43,801 nt of DNA, from the IMG/VR virus record IMGVR_UViG_3300027697_000035, positions 1 through 43,801 of that record; one strand, given 5' to 3'. Every line of letters starts with the position of its first letter. The first letter of the stretch is position 1. This DNA is from a virus. Taxonomy: Duplodnaviria > Caudoviricetes. Positions 1 through 8,274 of this stretch are shown piece by piece. The notes under the pieces are model-generated. The model ran no database searches, was not told the origin of the DNA, and saw only the letters and a program-made list of their open reading frames with translations. The position numbers and the translations under genes were made by a program.

Positions 1-2
1 GC

Positions 3-923
3 ATTGCCAAGCGCGGTTCCCTACCAGTTCCCCTGAGTTACTACGCTGCACACACGGGCCGTTGGGGGGGGTCAGGGGGCGTGAACATTCAGAACCTGCC
101 GAGCCGTGGGAACAACACGCTGAAGAGCGCAATTTTGGCACCGCCGGGGCATGTGATCATCGACTGCGACTCCTCGCAGATCGAAGCGAGGGTGTTGGCG
201 TGGCTGTCTGGGCAGGATGATTTGGTCGAGGCGTTCGCCAACAAGCAGGACGTTTACAAAATCATGGCGTCTAAAATTTACCGCAAACCTGTGGAAGAGA
301 TTTCAAAAGAAGAACGATTTCTTGGTAAGACTGTAGTTTTAGGTTGTGGATACGGACTTGGCGCTGCGAAGTTCCAATCGTCCCTTAAATCCTCTGGCGT
401 GACGTTGGAGTTGGAAGAGTGCAAGCACATTATTAACACCTACCGGGAGTCATACCCCGCGATCCCGGCGTTGTGGAAGCAGGGGCAGCGGTGCCTTGAA
501 GCGATGCTGGCGGGCCAGACGGCACCCATTGGCGTGCGCCCCGACGCGCTGTACCTTGGCGCTGATGGCTTCGTGCTGCCGAGCGGGTACAAGCTGGGCT
601 ACGCCGACTTACAGAAGGACTCCGAGGGTCAGTTCAGCTACAAGGCTCGCAACGGGCGGGTTAAAATCTACGGCGGCAAGGTCATTGAAAACGTGGTGCA
701 GGCTATAGCGCGGTGCGTTATAGCGGAGCAGATGGTCAACATCTCATACGAGTACCGTCCGGTTATGACCGTCCACGACGCCGTTGCTATCGTCGCCCCG
801 GTGGCCGAAGCCGAGCGGGCGCAGGCATTTGTCGAGCAGTGTTTCCGCGAAACGCCCGTTTGGGCAGAGGGCTTGCCTTTGAATTGTGAAAGTGGTATTG
901 GAGATAATTATGGTCAGTGTTGA
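3..923 (+). CDS. polA: DNA polymerase family A, C-terminal polymerase domain (5' truncated by window edge)
   Basis: Frame is open from base 3 (IAKRGSLPVPLSYYAAHTGRWGG..NIQNLP), so the track start at 81 is internal. Motif A DSSQIEARVLAW, motif B RFLGKTVVLGCGYG, motif C TVHDA. Confidence 0.95.
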   Translation: MAKRGSLPVPLSYYAAHTGRWGGSGGVNIQNLPSRGNNTLKSAILAPPGHVIIDCDSSQIEARVLAWLSGQDDLVEAFANKQDVYKIMASKIYRKPVEEISKEERFLGKTVVLGCGYGLGAAKFQSSLKSSGVTLELEECKHIINTYRESYPAIPALWKQGQRCLEAMLAGQTAPIGVRPDALYLGADGFVLPSGYKLGYADLQKDSEGQFSYKARNGRVKIYGGKVIENVVQAIARCVIAEQMVNISYEYRPVMTVHDAVAIVAPVAEAERAQAFVEQCFRETPVWAEGLPLNCESGIGDNYGQC

Positions 924-1116
924 CGACTACTCGGTGTACGTCACCGAAATCAAGCTCTCTCTACGGAAAATTGAAGACTTCTGTTTGAAAGCCGAGGTTG
1001 GCGTTACGGAAGAAGAAGCTGTAACTGCGCTGGCTTTGCTAACAAAGATTGAGTTGGATAATTGTAAATTGATGTTTTTGGTACGAAACAAACTTCAGAA
1101 AGCGCGGAACAAATGA
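910..1116 (+). CDS. hypothetical protein (68 aa)
   Basis: ATG at 910 preceded by GGAGA; overlaps the polA stop and the next start (ATGA), consistent with operon packing. Confidence 0.6.
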   Translation: MVSVDDYSVYVTEIKLSLRKIEDFCLKAEVGVTEEEAVTALALLTKIELDNCKLMFLVRNKLQKARNK

Positions 1117-1778
1117 GTACTTGGTCTTATTCTTCAATTTCTCTATTCAAGCAATGCCCCCGTAAATATCACAGGCTGCGCGTTCTGAAAGATGTGAAAG
1201 AAGATGAGGCCGAGCATTTGATCTACGGCAATGCCGTACACAAAGCCGCTGAAGAGTATGGCCGGGATGGTGTCCCCATCCCCGCGAAGTACGACTACAT
1301 AAAACCTTATGTAGACACCCTGATTGAGTCACCGGGGGATAAGTACTACGAGCACAAGATGGGGCTTACAGAAGAGTTGAAGCCCTGCGGGTTCTTGGCA
1401 AAAGATGTCTGGTGGCGCGGGATTGCCGACGTATTGGTAGTCCGTCCCAACGAAAAGACCGCGCTGCTCATTGACTATAAGACCGGCAAATCTGCCCGCT
1501 ACGCCGACACCGCCCAATTAGAACTCCTTGCCTTGGCGGTCTTCGCGCACTTTCCTAATGTCGATACCATCGACGCTGGCTTGTTGTTCGTGGTCAGTAA
1601 AGAGTTTATTTCGATTGAAGTGCATCGTGCTGACGCACAAAAGTTTTGGGGTAAATGGGTAAAAGACGTTCAACGATTAGATGAATGCTATAACACTGAC
1701 ATCTGGAACCCATTCCCCAATTTTACTTGTCGTAAGTTTTGCCCCGTACTGGATTGTGAGCACAACGGTAGAGGTTGA
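1113..1778 (+). CDS. PD-(D/E)xK exonuclease, Cas4/RecB-like, probable Fe-S cluster
   Basis: WSYSSISLFKQCPRK, G.AVH..AE, GIADVL, IDYKTGK, QLELLAL, C-terminal CRKFCPVLDC (1+3 Cys arrangement). Confidence 0.9.
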   Translation: MSTWSYSSISLFKQCPRKYHRLRVLKDVKEDEAEHLIYGNAVHKAAEEYGRDGVPIPAKYDYIKPYVDTLIESPGDKYYEHKMGLTEELKPCGFLAKDVWWRGIADVLVVRPNEKTALLIDYKTGKSARYADTAQLELLALAVFAHFPNVDTIDAGLLFVVSKEFISIEVHRADAQKFWGKWVKDVQRLDECYNTDIWNPFPNFTCRKFCPVLDCEHNGRG

Positions 1779-1779
1779 T

Positions 1780-1938
1780 ATGAAGAAACCAGAAGATAAA
1801 AAACGACTGCTGCATGAACTGAAGGAAGAATTTGAGGCGGAATTGGCAGATACTGACGCCGATGTAGATGCCATCATCGACAAACTAGAAGCAGACTTTG
1901 AGAAGGAGTTTGGTTATGCCTTACGTCAACAAACCTAG
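1780..1938 (+). CDS. small acidic hypothetical protein (52 aa)
   Basis: GAGG SD then ATG at 1780 (MKKPEDKK...), directly after the nuclease stop; strongly D/E-rich. Confidence 0.55.
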   Translation: MKKPEDKKRLLHELKEEFEAELADTDADVDAIIDKLEADFEKEFGYALRQQT

Positions 1939-2212
1939 ACCCTACAAAAAAGAATATCAGCAGCAGAAGGCCCGAGGTGAGGGGCCAGCCCGTGCAGCCC
2001 GAGAGCGGGCACGGTACGAGTTCGACAACCCCGGAAAAGACGGCAAAGTTATCAAGCGCAAAGGTAAAGACATAGAGCATGTTAAACCTCTTAGCAAAGG
2101 TGGAGACTCTTCTCTATCGAATCTTCGGCTTGAATCCCCGCACGACAATCGGAGTTTTTACCGAAACAGCGACCACACGATTAAAAAGAACGTCTCACGC
2201 AAGAAAAAATAA
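1916..2212 (+). CDS. HNH endonuclease-like protein
   Basis: AAGGAG SD before ATG 1916; DIEHVKPLSKGG...NLRLESPHDNRS matches the HNH layout; basic N-terminus. Confidence 0.8.
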   Translation: MPYVNKPRPYKKEYQQQKARGEGPARAARERARYEFDNPGKDGKVIKRKGKDIEHVKPLSKGGDSSLSNLRLESPHDNRSFYRNSDHTIKKNVSRKKK

Positions 2213-3771
2213 TGGAAATAATTGAAGACAAGTACCTTGCGGTACGCACAAGAAACCCCGATAAAATCACCAAAGCAATCAAACGAAGCCAAGTAATACG
2301 CAAAGAAGACGATATTTCTACGGTTGCCGTAGAGTGGGATTTAGAAGAAGCGCAATGGCTACGGTATTTGAATTTCAAGAATGTCCCATCCCCCATTCGC
2401 CGGGACTACGGGTGGCCGGGGCTTTTTACTCCGATGGCGCATCAGCGGGACACCGCCGAGTTTCTGACCCTGCACAACCGAGCGTTCTGTTTCAACGAGC
2501 AGGGCACGGGGAAGACCGCTAGCGCCATTTGGGCGTCGGAGTATTTGATGTCGGAGGGCGCCATCAAGCGAGTGCTGGTGGTGTGTCCGTTGTCGATCAT
2601 GCAAGCCGCATGGCAGCGCGACCTCTTCAACTTCGCGATGCACCGCAAAGTCGGGGTAGCCCACGGGGACAAAGACAAGCGGGTGAGAATCATCCGAGGC
2701 GACTACGACTACGTCATCATCAATTTTGACGGCGTTTCCATCGTGGCTGACGAGATTGCGAAGGGCGGCTTTGACCTCATCATCATTGACGAGGCGAACG
2801 CCTACAAGACGGCGACCACCAAGCGATGGAAGGCGATGAACAAGTTAGTGACCACTAACACATGGCTGTGGATGATGACAGGGACGCCTGCGGCGCAGTC
2901 CCCGGCGGATGCTTACGGGCTGGCTAAGATGTGCGTGCCGCACAACGTGCCGAAGTTCTACACGACGTTCAAAGAGTCGGTCATGGTGCAGATAACCCGG
3001 TTCAAGTGGATTCCGAAGCCGAATGCATCGACCATTGTCCACACGGCTTTGCAGCCTGCCATTCGGTTTGAGAAGAAAGATTGTTTGGATTTGCCGCCCA
3101 TCACTTACACCGACCGGGAAGCGGCGTTGACGCCGCAGCAGAAGAAGTATTACGAGCTTTTGAAGAAGGAGTTTTTGGTCATGGCTGGGGAGGAGGAGAT
3201 CACCTCGGCCAACGTAGCGGTGAATCTCAACAAGCTCCTGCAAATCTCAGGTGGCGCGGTGTATACCAACTCCGGGGCGACCGTGGAGTTTGACGTATCG
3301 AACCGTTTGAGCGTGGTGGATGAAGTCATTGAGGAGGCGTCGCACAAGGTGCTGGTGTTCGTTCCGTTTACACATACCATCGACCTGTTAAAAACTCACC
3401 TCGTGAGCAAACATACCCCCTGCGAGGTTATCTCGGGGTCGGTAAGCGCGACCAAGCGTAACGACATCATCCAGCGGTTTCAGACCAAAGATGAAGACGA
3501 CATCAAAGTCCTGATTATCCAGCCTGCCGCTGCGGCGCATGGCATCACGCTCACTGCCGCCGACACCATCATCTGGTATGCGCCGGTCACCAGCACTGAG
3601 ATTTATTTGCAGGCGAACGCTCGTATCGACCGGCAGGGGCAGAAGAACGCGATGACGGTGGTACACATTGTGGGTAGTCAGATCGAACAGAAGATCTACC
3701 GCATGCTGCGGGAGAAATTGGGTGACCACGCAAAGTTGATTGATTTGTACCGGGAGGAGTTGACACAGTAA
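2212..3771 (+). CDS. SNF2-family (SF2) helicase
   Basis: Walker A EQGTGKT, motif Ia VVCPLS, Walker B IIIDEA, motif III MTGTP, motif V HGITLT, motif VI QANARIDRQGQ. Confidence 0.93.
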   Translation: MEIIEDKYLAVRTRNPDKITKAIKRSQVIRKEDDISTVAVEWDLEEAQWLRYLNFKNVPSPIRRDYGWPGLFTPMAHQRDTAEFLTLHNRAFCFNEQGTGKTASAIWASEYLMSEGAIKRVLVVCPLSIMQAAWQRDLFNFAMHRKVGVAHGDKDKRVRIIRGDYDYVIINFDGVSIVADEIAKGGFDLIIIDEANAYKTATTKRWKAMNKLVTTNTWLWMMTGTPAAQSPADAYGLAKMCVPHNVPKFYTTFKESVMVQITRFKWIPKPNASTIVHTALQPAIRFEKKDCLDLPPITYTDREAALTPQQKKYYELLKKEFLVMAGEEEITSANVAVNLNKLLQISGGAVYTNSGATVEFDVSNRLSVVDEVIEEASHKVLVFVPFTHTIDLLKTHLVSKHTPCEVISGSVSATKRNDIIQRFQTKDEDDIKVLIIQPAAAAHGITLTAADTIIWYAPVTSTEIYLQANARIDRQGQKNAMTVVHIVGSQIEQKIYRMLREKLGDHAKLIDLYREELTQ

Positions 3772-3819
3772 ATTTAATCCTTCACCATCCGCACATAACA
3801 ACGAATTAGAGGACAAGAC

Positions 3820-4221
3820 ATGGCTACTGATGAATACGGTGTAGACACCATCGTAGAAGCGTTCATCGCTTTACGAGACCAGAAGCAGGCTATCGAGCGC
3901 GTTACGGCGCAGCAGGTTGCCGAGATTGAGGCCGACATGGAGGTGCTGACCGTTGCACTGAAAGACCTCTGCAAAGTAATCGGCGCGGACTCTATCCGCA
4001 CGAGCCACGGTACGGTTATCCGTAGCGTGAAGAAGAAGTACTGGACGAATGACTGGGCGTCCATTCACAGCTTCATGAAGGAGCACGATGCTTTCGAGCT
4101 TCTTGAGAAGCGCATCCACCAGTCAAACATGAAGGAGTTTCTTGAGGCTAACCCAGACTTGCACCCCGCAGGTTTGAACGTGGACTCCGAATACTCCATT
4201 ACCATTCGTAAGAAATCCTAA
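3820..4221 (+). CDS. phage hypothetical protein with coiled-coil N-terminus
   Basis: AGAGGA SD; sits in the replication operon; no catalytic motif recognised. Confidence 0.75.
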   Translation: MATDEYGVDTIVEAFIALRDQKQAIERVTAQQVAEIEADMEVLTVALKDLCKVIGADSIRTSHGTVIRSVKKKYWTNDWASIHSFMKEHDAFELLEKRIHQSNMKEFLEANPDLHPAGLNVDSEYSITIRKKS

Positions 4222-4232
4222 GGATAAATAAG

Positions 4233-5141
4233 ATGAACAATATGATTCCGTTCAGCACCAATCTCGTCCCCGACTACATCCGTGAGGAGGGGCAGTCCGA
4301 GTTGACCAAAGACCTGATGCAGAAGATGGGGGGCGTAAACAAGCGCATCTCCATCCGTGGCAAGGTGTTCCGTCTGGTCGTCAACGGCGAGGAAGTGGCG
4401 AAGAAGAAGGACGAGTTGGATGTCATCGTGGTGAACGTCGCCAAGGATGTGTCCCGCACCTACTACGAAGGGACGTATGACCCGACTGCGGAAGCCGCCC
4501 CGCCGACTTGCTGGTCGGCTGACAGTAAGGTGCCGCACCCGAGCGTGGAGAACCCGCAGCACAAGAACTGCAACGACTGCCCGATGAACATCGCCGGCAG
4601 CGGTCAGGGCAACACTCGTGCCTGCCGGTTCAAGCAGCGGATTGCGGTGGTGTTGGCTGACGACATCGACAGCGGCGTTCACATGCTGGAGATTCCGGCG
4701 ACTTCTCTTTTCGGCAAGGGTGACATCTCCCACATGCCGTATCAGCAGTACTTCAAGTACGTTGCATCGCAAGGGCATTCCATTGACCGTCTGGTTACCC
4801 GCATCTCGTTTGACGACGACGCGGATACGCCGAAGCTGTTCTTCGCCCCCATCGGCTTCCCGAGCCGTGAGGCGCTGCCTAAGCTCATCGAGCACGGGCA
4901 GTCCACCGAGGCCAAGATGGCGGTCACCATGACTGTCTATCAGGCCGACAAGGGGCAGAAGGCGCTTCCGTCGCTGAAGGACGCCATTAAGGCGAACGGT
5001 GGCGAAGTGGAAGAGAGCGAGCCGGAGGTTAAGCCGGCGAAGAAGAAGGAAACCTTGGCGGAAAAGCCCGATGTCAACGCCGTGCTGGCGAAGTTTGCCA
5101 ACAAGAGCAAGCCCGCCGCCACTGAAGTGGACGACGAGTAA
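4233..5141 (+). CDS. putative single-stranded DNA-binding / recombination protein
   Basis: AAGGA SD; beta-rich core with four Cys (TCWS, CNDC, ACR); flexible tail ending in acidic EVDDE; located between helicase and primase. The ORF is solid, the function is inferred. Confidence 0.55.
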   Translation: MNNMIPFSTNLVPDYIREEGQSELTKDLMQKMGGVNKRISIRGKVFRLVVNGEEVAKKKDELDVIVVNVAKDVSRTYYEGTYDPTAEAAPPTCWSADSKVPHPSVENPQHKNCNDCPMNIAGSGQGNTRACRFKQRIAVVLADDIDSGVHMLEIPATSLFGKGDISHMPYQQYFKYVASQGHSIDRLVTRISFDDDADTPKLFFAPIGFPSREALPKLIEHGQSTEAKMAVTMTVYQADKGQKALPSLKDAIKANGGEVEESEPEVKPAKKKETLAEKPDVNAVLAKFANKSKPAATEVDDE

Positions 5142-5378
5142 ATGGATAACCGAGGCTACAGTGCGCGAATCATCGACGCGAACCGTCGAGCGTCTGATAG
5201 CCTCGGTGTCCGGTTAGGCCGGTACTGCATTAGTCGAGACATCCCCGCCATTGATATGGCGGGGTACTTTGGGGTTTCCAAAATGACGATCTACAAGTGG
5301 TTTACCGGCAAGTCGGAGCCGAGGGCGGTCTATGGCGAGAAGATTCAAGCGTTATTAACTAGCGGGGGATGGGAATAG
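5142..5378 (+). CDS. HTH (XRE/Cro-like) DNA-binding protein
   Basis: AIDMAGYFGVSKMTIYKWFTGKSEP is a typical helix-turn-helix. Confidence 0.85.
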   Translation: MDNRGYSARIIDANRRASDSLGVRLGRYCISRDIPAIDMAGYFGVSKMTIYKWFTGKSEPRAVYGEKIQALLTSGGWE

Positions 5379-5397
5379 ATTAGAAGAAGAGAAAGAC

Positions 5398-8187
5398 ATG
5401 AACACAACGACATTTATGGAAAAGGTACTTCCCGCTGATGGGGTGTACTGCATAGTCGGATTAAAAGAGGGGAGCAACCCCCGCACATTTTTCTACCGCG
5501 ACATCCCCGGTGCGGTAGCCAAGGCAGAAGAACTCTCGGGGCAGTCCTATAACGCCTACTTTGCTTGCGCGTCGTTTGAAGAGGAAAGCGGCGGTCGCAA
5601 GACGACCAATGCTCATGCGCTCCAATCGTTTTACGTTGACATCGACTGTGGTGTAGGTAAGCCATACGCGGCACAGGCTGATGGTTTGGAGGCGTTGTCG
5701 GTGTTCTGCGAGGCAAAGGGTTTACCCACGCCGACCATCGTGTCTTCTGGCTACGGCATCCATGCCTATTGGATAACCTCGCGCTCTATGACCCGCAGCG
5801 AGTGGAAGCCGACTGCGGAGCGCCTCAAGACGCTGTGCAGGGAGGAAGGTCTTAGGATCGACATGAGCGTCACAGCGGACGCTGCACGCATCCTGCGCGT
5901 TCCCGGCACCTTCAACTACAAGCGTGACCCGGTGCCTGTAGAGGTTCTTTTGGAAGGCGAGGAGTTTGAACTAGCGGATTTCACCCGTTTGCTGGGTGTG
6001 ACGATCCTCCTGTCCGAGCCGCCGGATTACTTGCGGACAGGCCCAAGTGAGTTGATGAAGTCCTTGTCAGACGACCGCCAGAAGCGGTTCGTGCTGATTA
6101 TGGAACGGTCGGCACGGGGGGATGGGTGCCAGCAGTTGGTCTATATCGCGACTGAGCAGGAGAAGATTGGCTACGACCTGTGGCGTGCAGGGCTGTCGAT
6201 TGCGCGTAACTGCACCGACTTTGAGGTCGGCATTCACGCTATTTCGGATAAACACCCCAGCTACGATTTTGAAACGACGATACGGAAGTCGGAGGATTTG
6301 ATCGACAAGCCGTACAAGTGCGAGACCATTGAGTCCTACAACCCCGGCGGTTGCAAGGGATGCCCACACAAAAAGAAGATTAAGAGTCCGATTGTGCTGG
6401 GAGTCGAGGTTCAGACCAGCGAAGAAGAGGTGATTGTAGAAATCGAAGAAGGCGGCGACCCCGTCGAGTACGAAATCCCAACATTACCTAAGCCTTATTT
6501 TAGAGCTAAATCTGGAGCTATTTATGTAGCAAATGGAGACGACGAGCCTGAGTTGGTTTATGAGCATTCTCTCTATCTGGTGAAGCGCATGACCGACTCG
6601 GTGCGCGGTGACCTTGCGTTGGCACGGCTGCACTTACCCAGAGAGAAGGCGCGGGAATTCATCGTCCCGCTGTACGCTATGACCTCTAAGGACGAGCTAC
6701 GGAAGGTGCTATCAGCCAATGGAGTCATCAGCGCCGGGAAAGCGTTGGAGCGGCTGATGTGGTATCTCATCAGTTGCGCGAAGACGCAGCAGGTAACGAT
6801 GGATACGGAGATTTTGCACGCTCAGATGGGTTGGGCAGAGGGCGACTCCAAGTTCATTCTGGGCACCCAAGAAATCGGAGTGTCCGAAATCCGGTACAGT
6901 CCACCATCCGAAACTACCGAGTCGGTCGCCACCCTGCTGCATGCCAAGGGGGCACTTGTGGAGTGGAAGCGAGTCACCAAGACTTACGCAGCGCCGGGAG
7001 CAGAGGGCTTCGCTCTGCCGTTCTTTGGGGGCTTTGGCTCCCCGCTGATAAAGTTCACTGGCTACAACGGCGCTATGTTCGCTCTGGTTAGCCCCAACTC
7101 AGGGACAGGTAAGACGACCATCATGCGGATGGTCAACAGCATCTGGGGGCACCCCAGCAAGCTTCTGTCGGTAGAGGCGGATACCTACGCCCACAAGATT
7201 TACCGCGCTGGCGTGTTGAACAACCTGCCGCTGACAGTCGATGAAGTAACCAACATGCCGATGGATGTTGCGTCCAAGTTGGTTTACGCCATCCCGCATG
7301 GTATGGGGCCGGGGCGGATGCAGTCTCAGGTAAACATGGAGCGGAAGAACGACACCACATGGTCGCTCATCGGTCTATGCACTTCCAACGCTTCCATCGT
7401 GGACAAGCTTTCATCTGGTAAGTCCACCGCCAACGGCGAGTTGATGCGGCTGATTGAGTACCGGGTAGAGTCACTGAACCTGATGTCGAAGACCGAGGCT
7501 TACGAGTTGTTTGAAGTCACCCTGATGGAGAACTACGGGGTTGCTGGGACGCTCTACGCCGAGTGGGTGGTGCGGAACAAGGATGAGGTCATCCGTCGCA
7601 TCCGGGCGATGCAGGAGTACATCGACAAGCGGGCCAAGCTGGATAACCGGGAGCGGTATTGGTCGGCGTGCTTTGCCGCCTGCATCGTCGGGGGGCAGAT
7701 TGCCTACGAGTTAGGACTACATGAGATTCCGGTAGAGCCGGTGCTGGAATGGATTTTCTCGCATTTGATTCCATCCCTGCGCCGCGATGTGGCGAATGCG
7801 GTGCCTGAGATTGCGGATGTCCTCGGGGACTTTTTGAACGCTCACCGGGACAGCGTGCTGGTCATCAATAACAGCACCGATGGAAGGTCTGCTTTGGCAC
7901 CCTTGGCGATACATTCTCCCCACAAAAATCTGTCTATAAGGTTTGAGCCAGATGTGAAGAAGCTGTACATAAGCACCAAGGTGTTTAAGGATTTCTGCAC
8001 CGAGCGGCAGGTGATGGTTAAAGACTTGCTGGGAAGTTTCAAAGACAAAGGGGCGTATCTGGGAGAGCAGAAGAAGCGGATGGGCAAGGGCACTAACATC
8101 GACTCCCCCGCCGTGCGCGTGTATGAGTTCTCGTACAACGGGGAAGACTTCTATGGAATTGAGGGGGCACCCCCGGAGGCGCGTTGA
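5398..8187 (+). CDS. primase-helicase: AEP/prim-pol N-terminus, Cys-rich middle, DUF927-like P-loop helicase
   Basis: YVDID, SSGYGIHAYW and ARILRVPGTFNYK (AEP/RepB-type primase); CKGCPH; Walker A NSGTGKTT and Walker B LTVDE. Confidence 0.88.
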   Translation: MNTTTFMEKVLPADGVYCIVGLKEGSNPRTFFYRDIPGAVAKAEELSGQSYNAYFACASFEEESGGRKTTNAHALQSFYVDIDCGVGKPYAAQADGLEALSVFCEAKGLPTPTIVSSGYGIHAYWITSRSMTRSEWKPTAERLKTLCREEGLRIDMSVTADAARILRVPGTFNYKRDPVPVEVLLEGEEFELADFTRLLGVTILLSEPPDYLRTGPSELMKSLSDDRQKRFVLIMERSARGDGCQQLVYIATEQEKIGYDLWRAGLSIARNCTDFEVGIHAISDKHPSYDFETTIRKSEDLIDKPYKCETIESYNPGGCKGCPHKKKIKSPIVLGVEVQTSEEEVIVEIEEGGDPVEYEIPTLPKPYFRAKSGAIYVANGDDEPELVYEHSLYLVKRMTDSVRGDLALARLHLPREKAREFIVPLYAMTSKDELRKVLSANGVISAGKALERLMWYLISCAKTQQVTMDTEILHAQMGWAEGDSKFILGTQEIGVSEIRYSPPSETTESVATLLHAKGALVEWKRVTKTYAAPGAEGFALPFFGGFGSPLIKFTGYNGAMFALVSPNSGTGKTTIMRMVNSIWGHPSKLLSVEADTYAHKIYRAGVLNNLPLTVDEVTNMPMDVASKLVYAIPHGMGPGRMQSQVNMERKNDTTWSLIGLCTSNASIVDKLSSGKSTANGELMRLIEYRVESLNLMSKTEAYELFEVTLMENYGVAGTLYAEWVVRNKDEVIRRIRAMQEYIDKRAKLDNRERYWSACFAACIVGGQIAYELGLHEIPVEPVLEWIFSHLIPSLRRDVANAVPEIADVLGDFLNAHRDSVLVINNSTDGRSALAPLAIHSPHKNLSIRFEPDVKKLYISTKVFKDFCTERQVMVKDLLGSFKDKGAYLGEQKKRMGKGTNIDSPAVRVYEFSYNGEDFYGIEGAPPEAR

Positions 8188-8247
8188 TTCATATTCCCCC
8201 TCGTGATAACCTTTCTTTGTACGTGTCTTTCCTCTTGTGTTGTAATT

Positions 8248-8274
8248 AGCCCCGCCAAGTGCGGGGCTTTTTTT
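8248..8274 (+). terminator. intrinsic terminator at the convergence of the replication and structural arms
   Basis: AGCCCCGC-caagt-GCGGGGCT 8-bp stem followed by a T run; abuts the stop codon of the minus-strand giant gene. Confidence 0.85.

Noticed and set aside
1113-1778. Cas4-like nuclease as evidence of a CRISPR-Cas system
   Set aside because: No cas1/cas2 and no repeat-spacer array in the window; solo Cas4-like exonucleases are common in phage replication modules.
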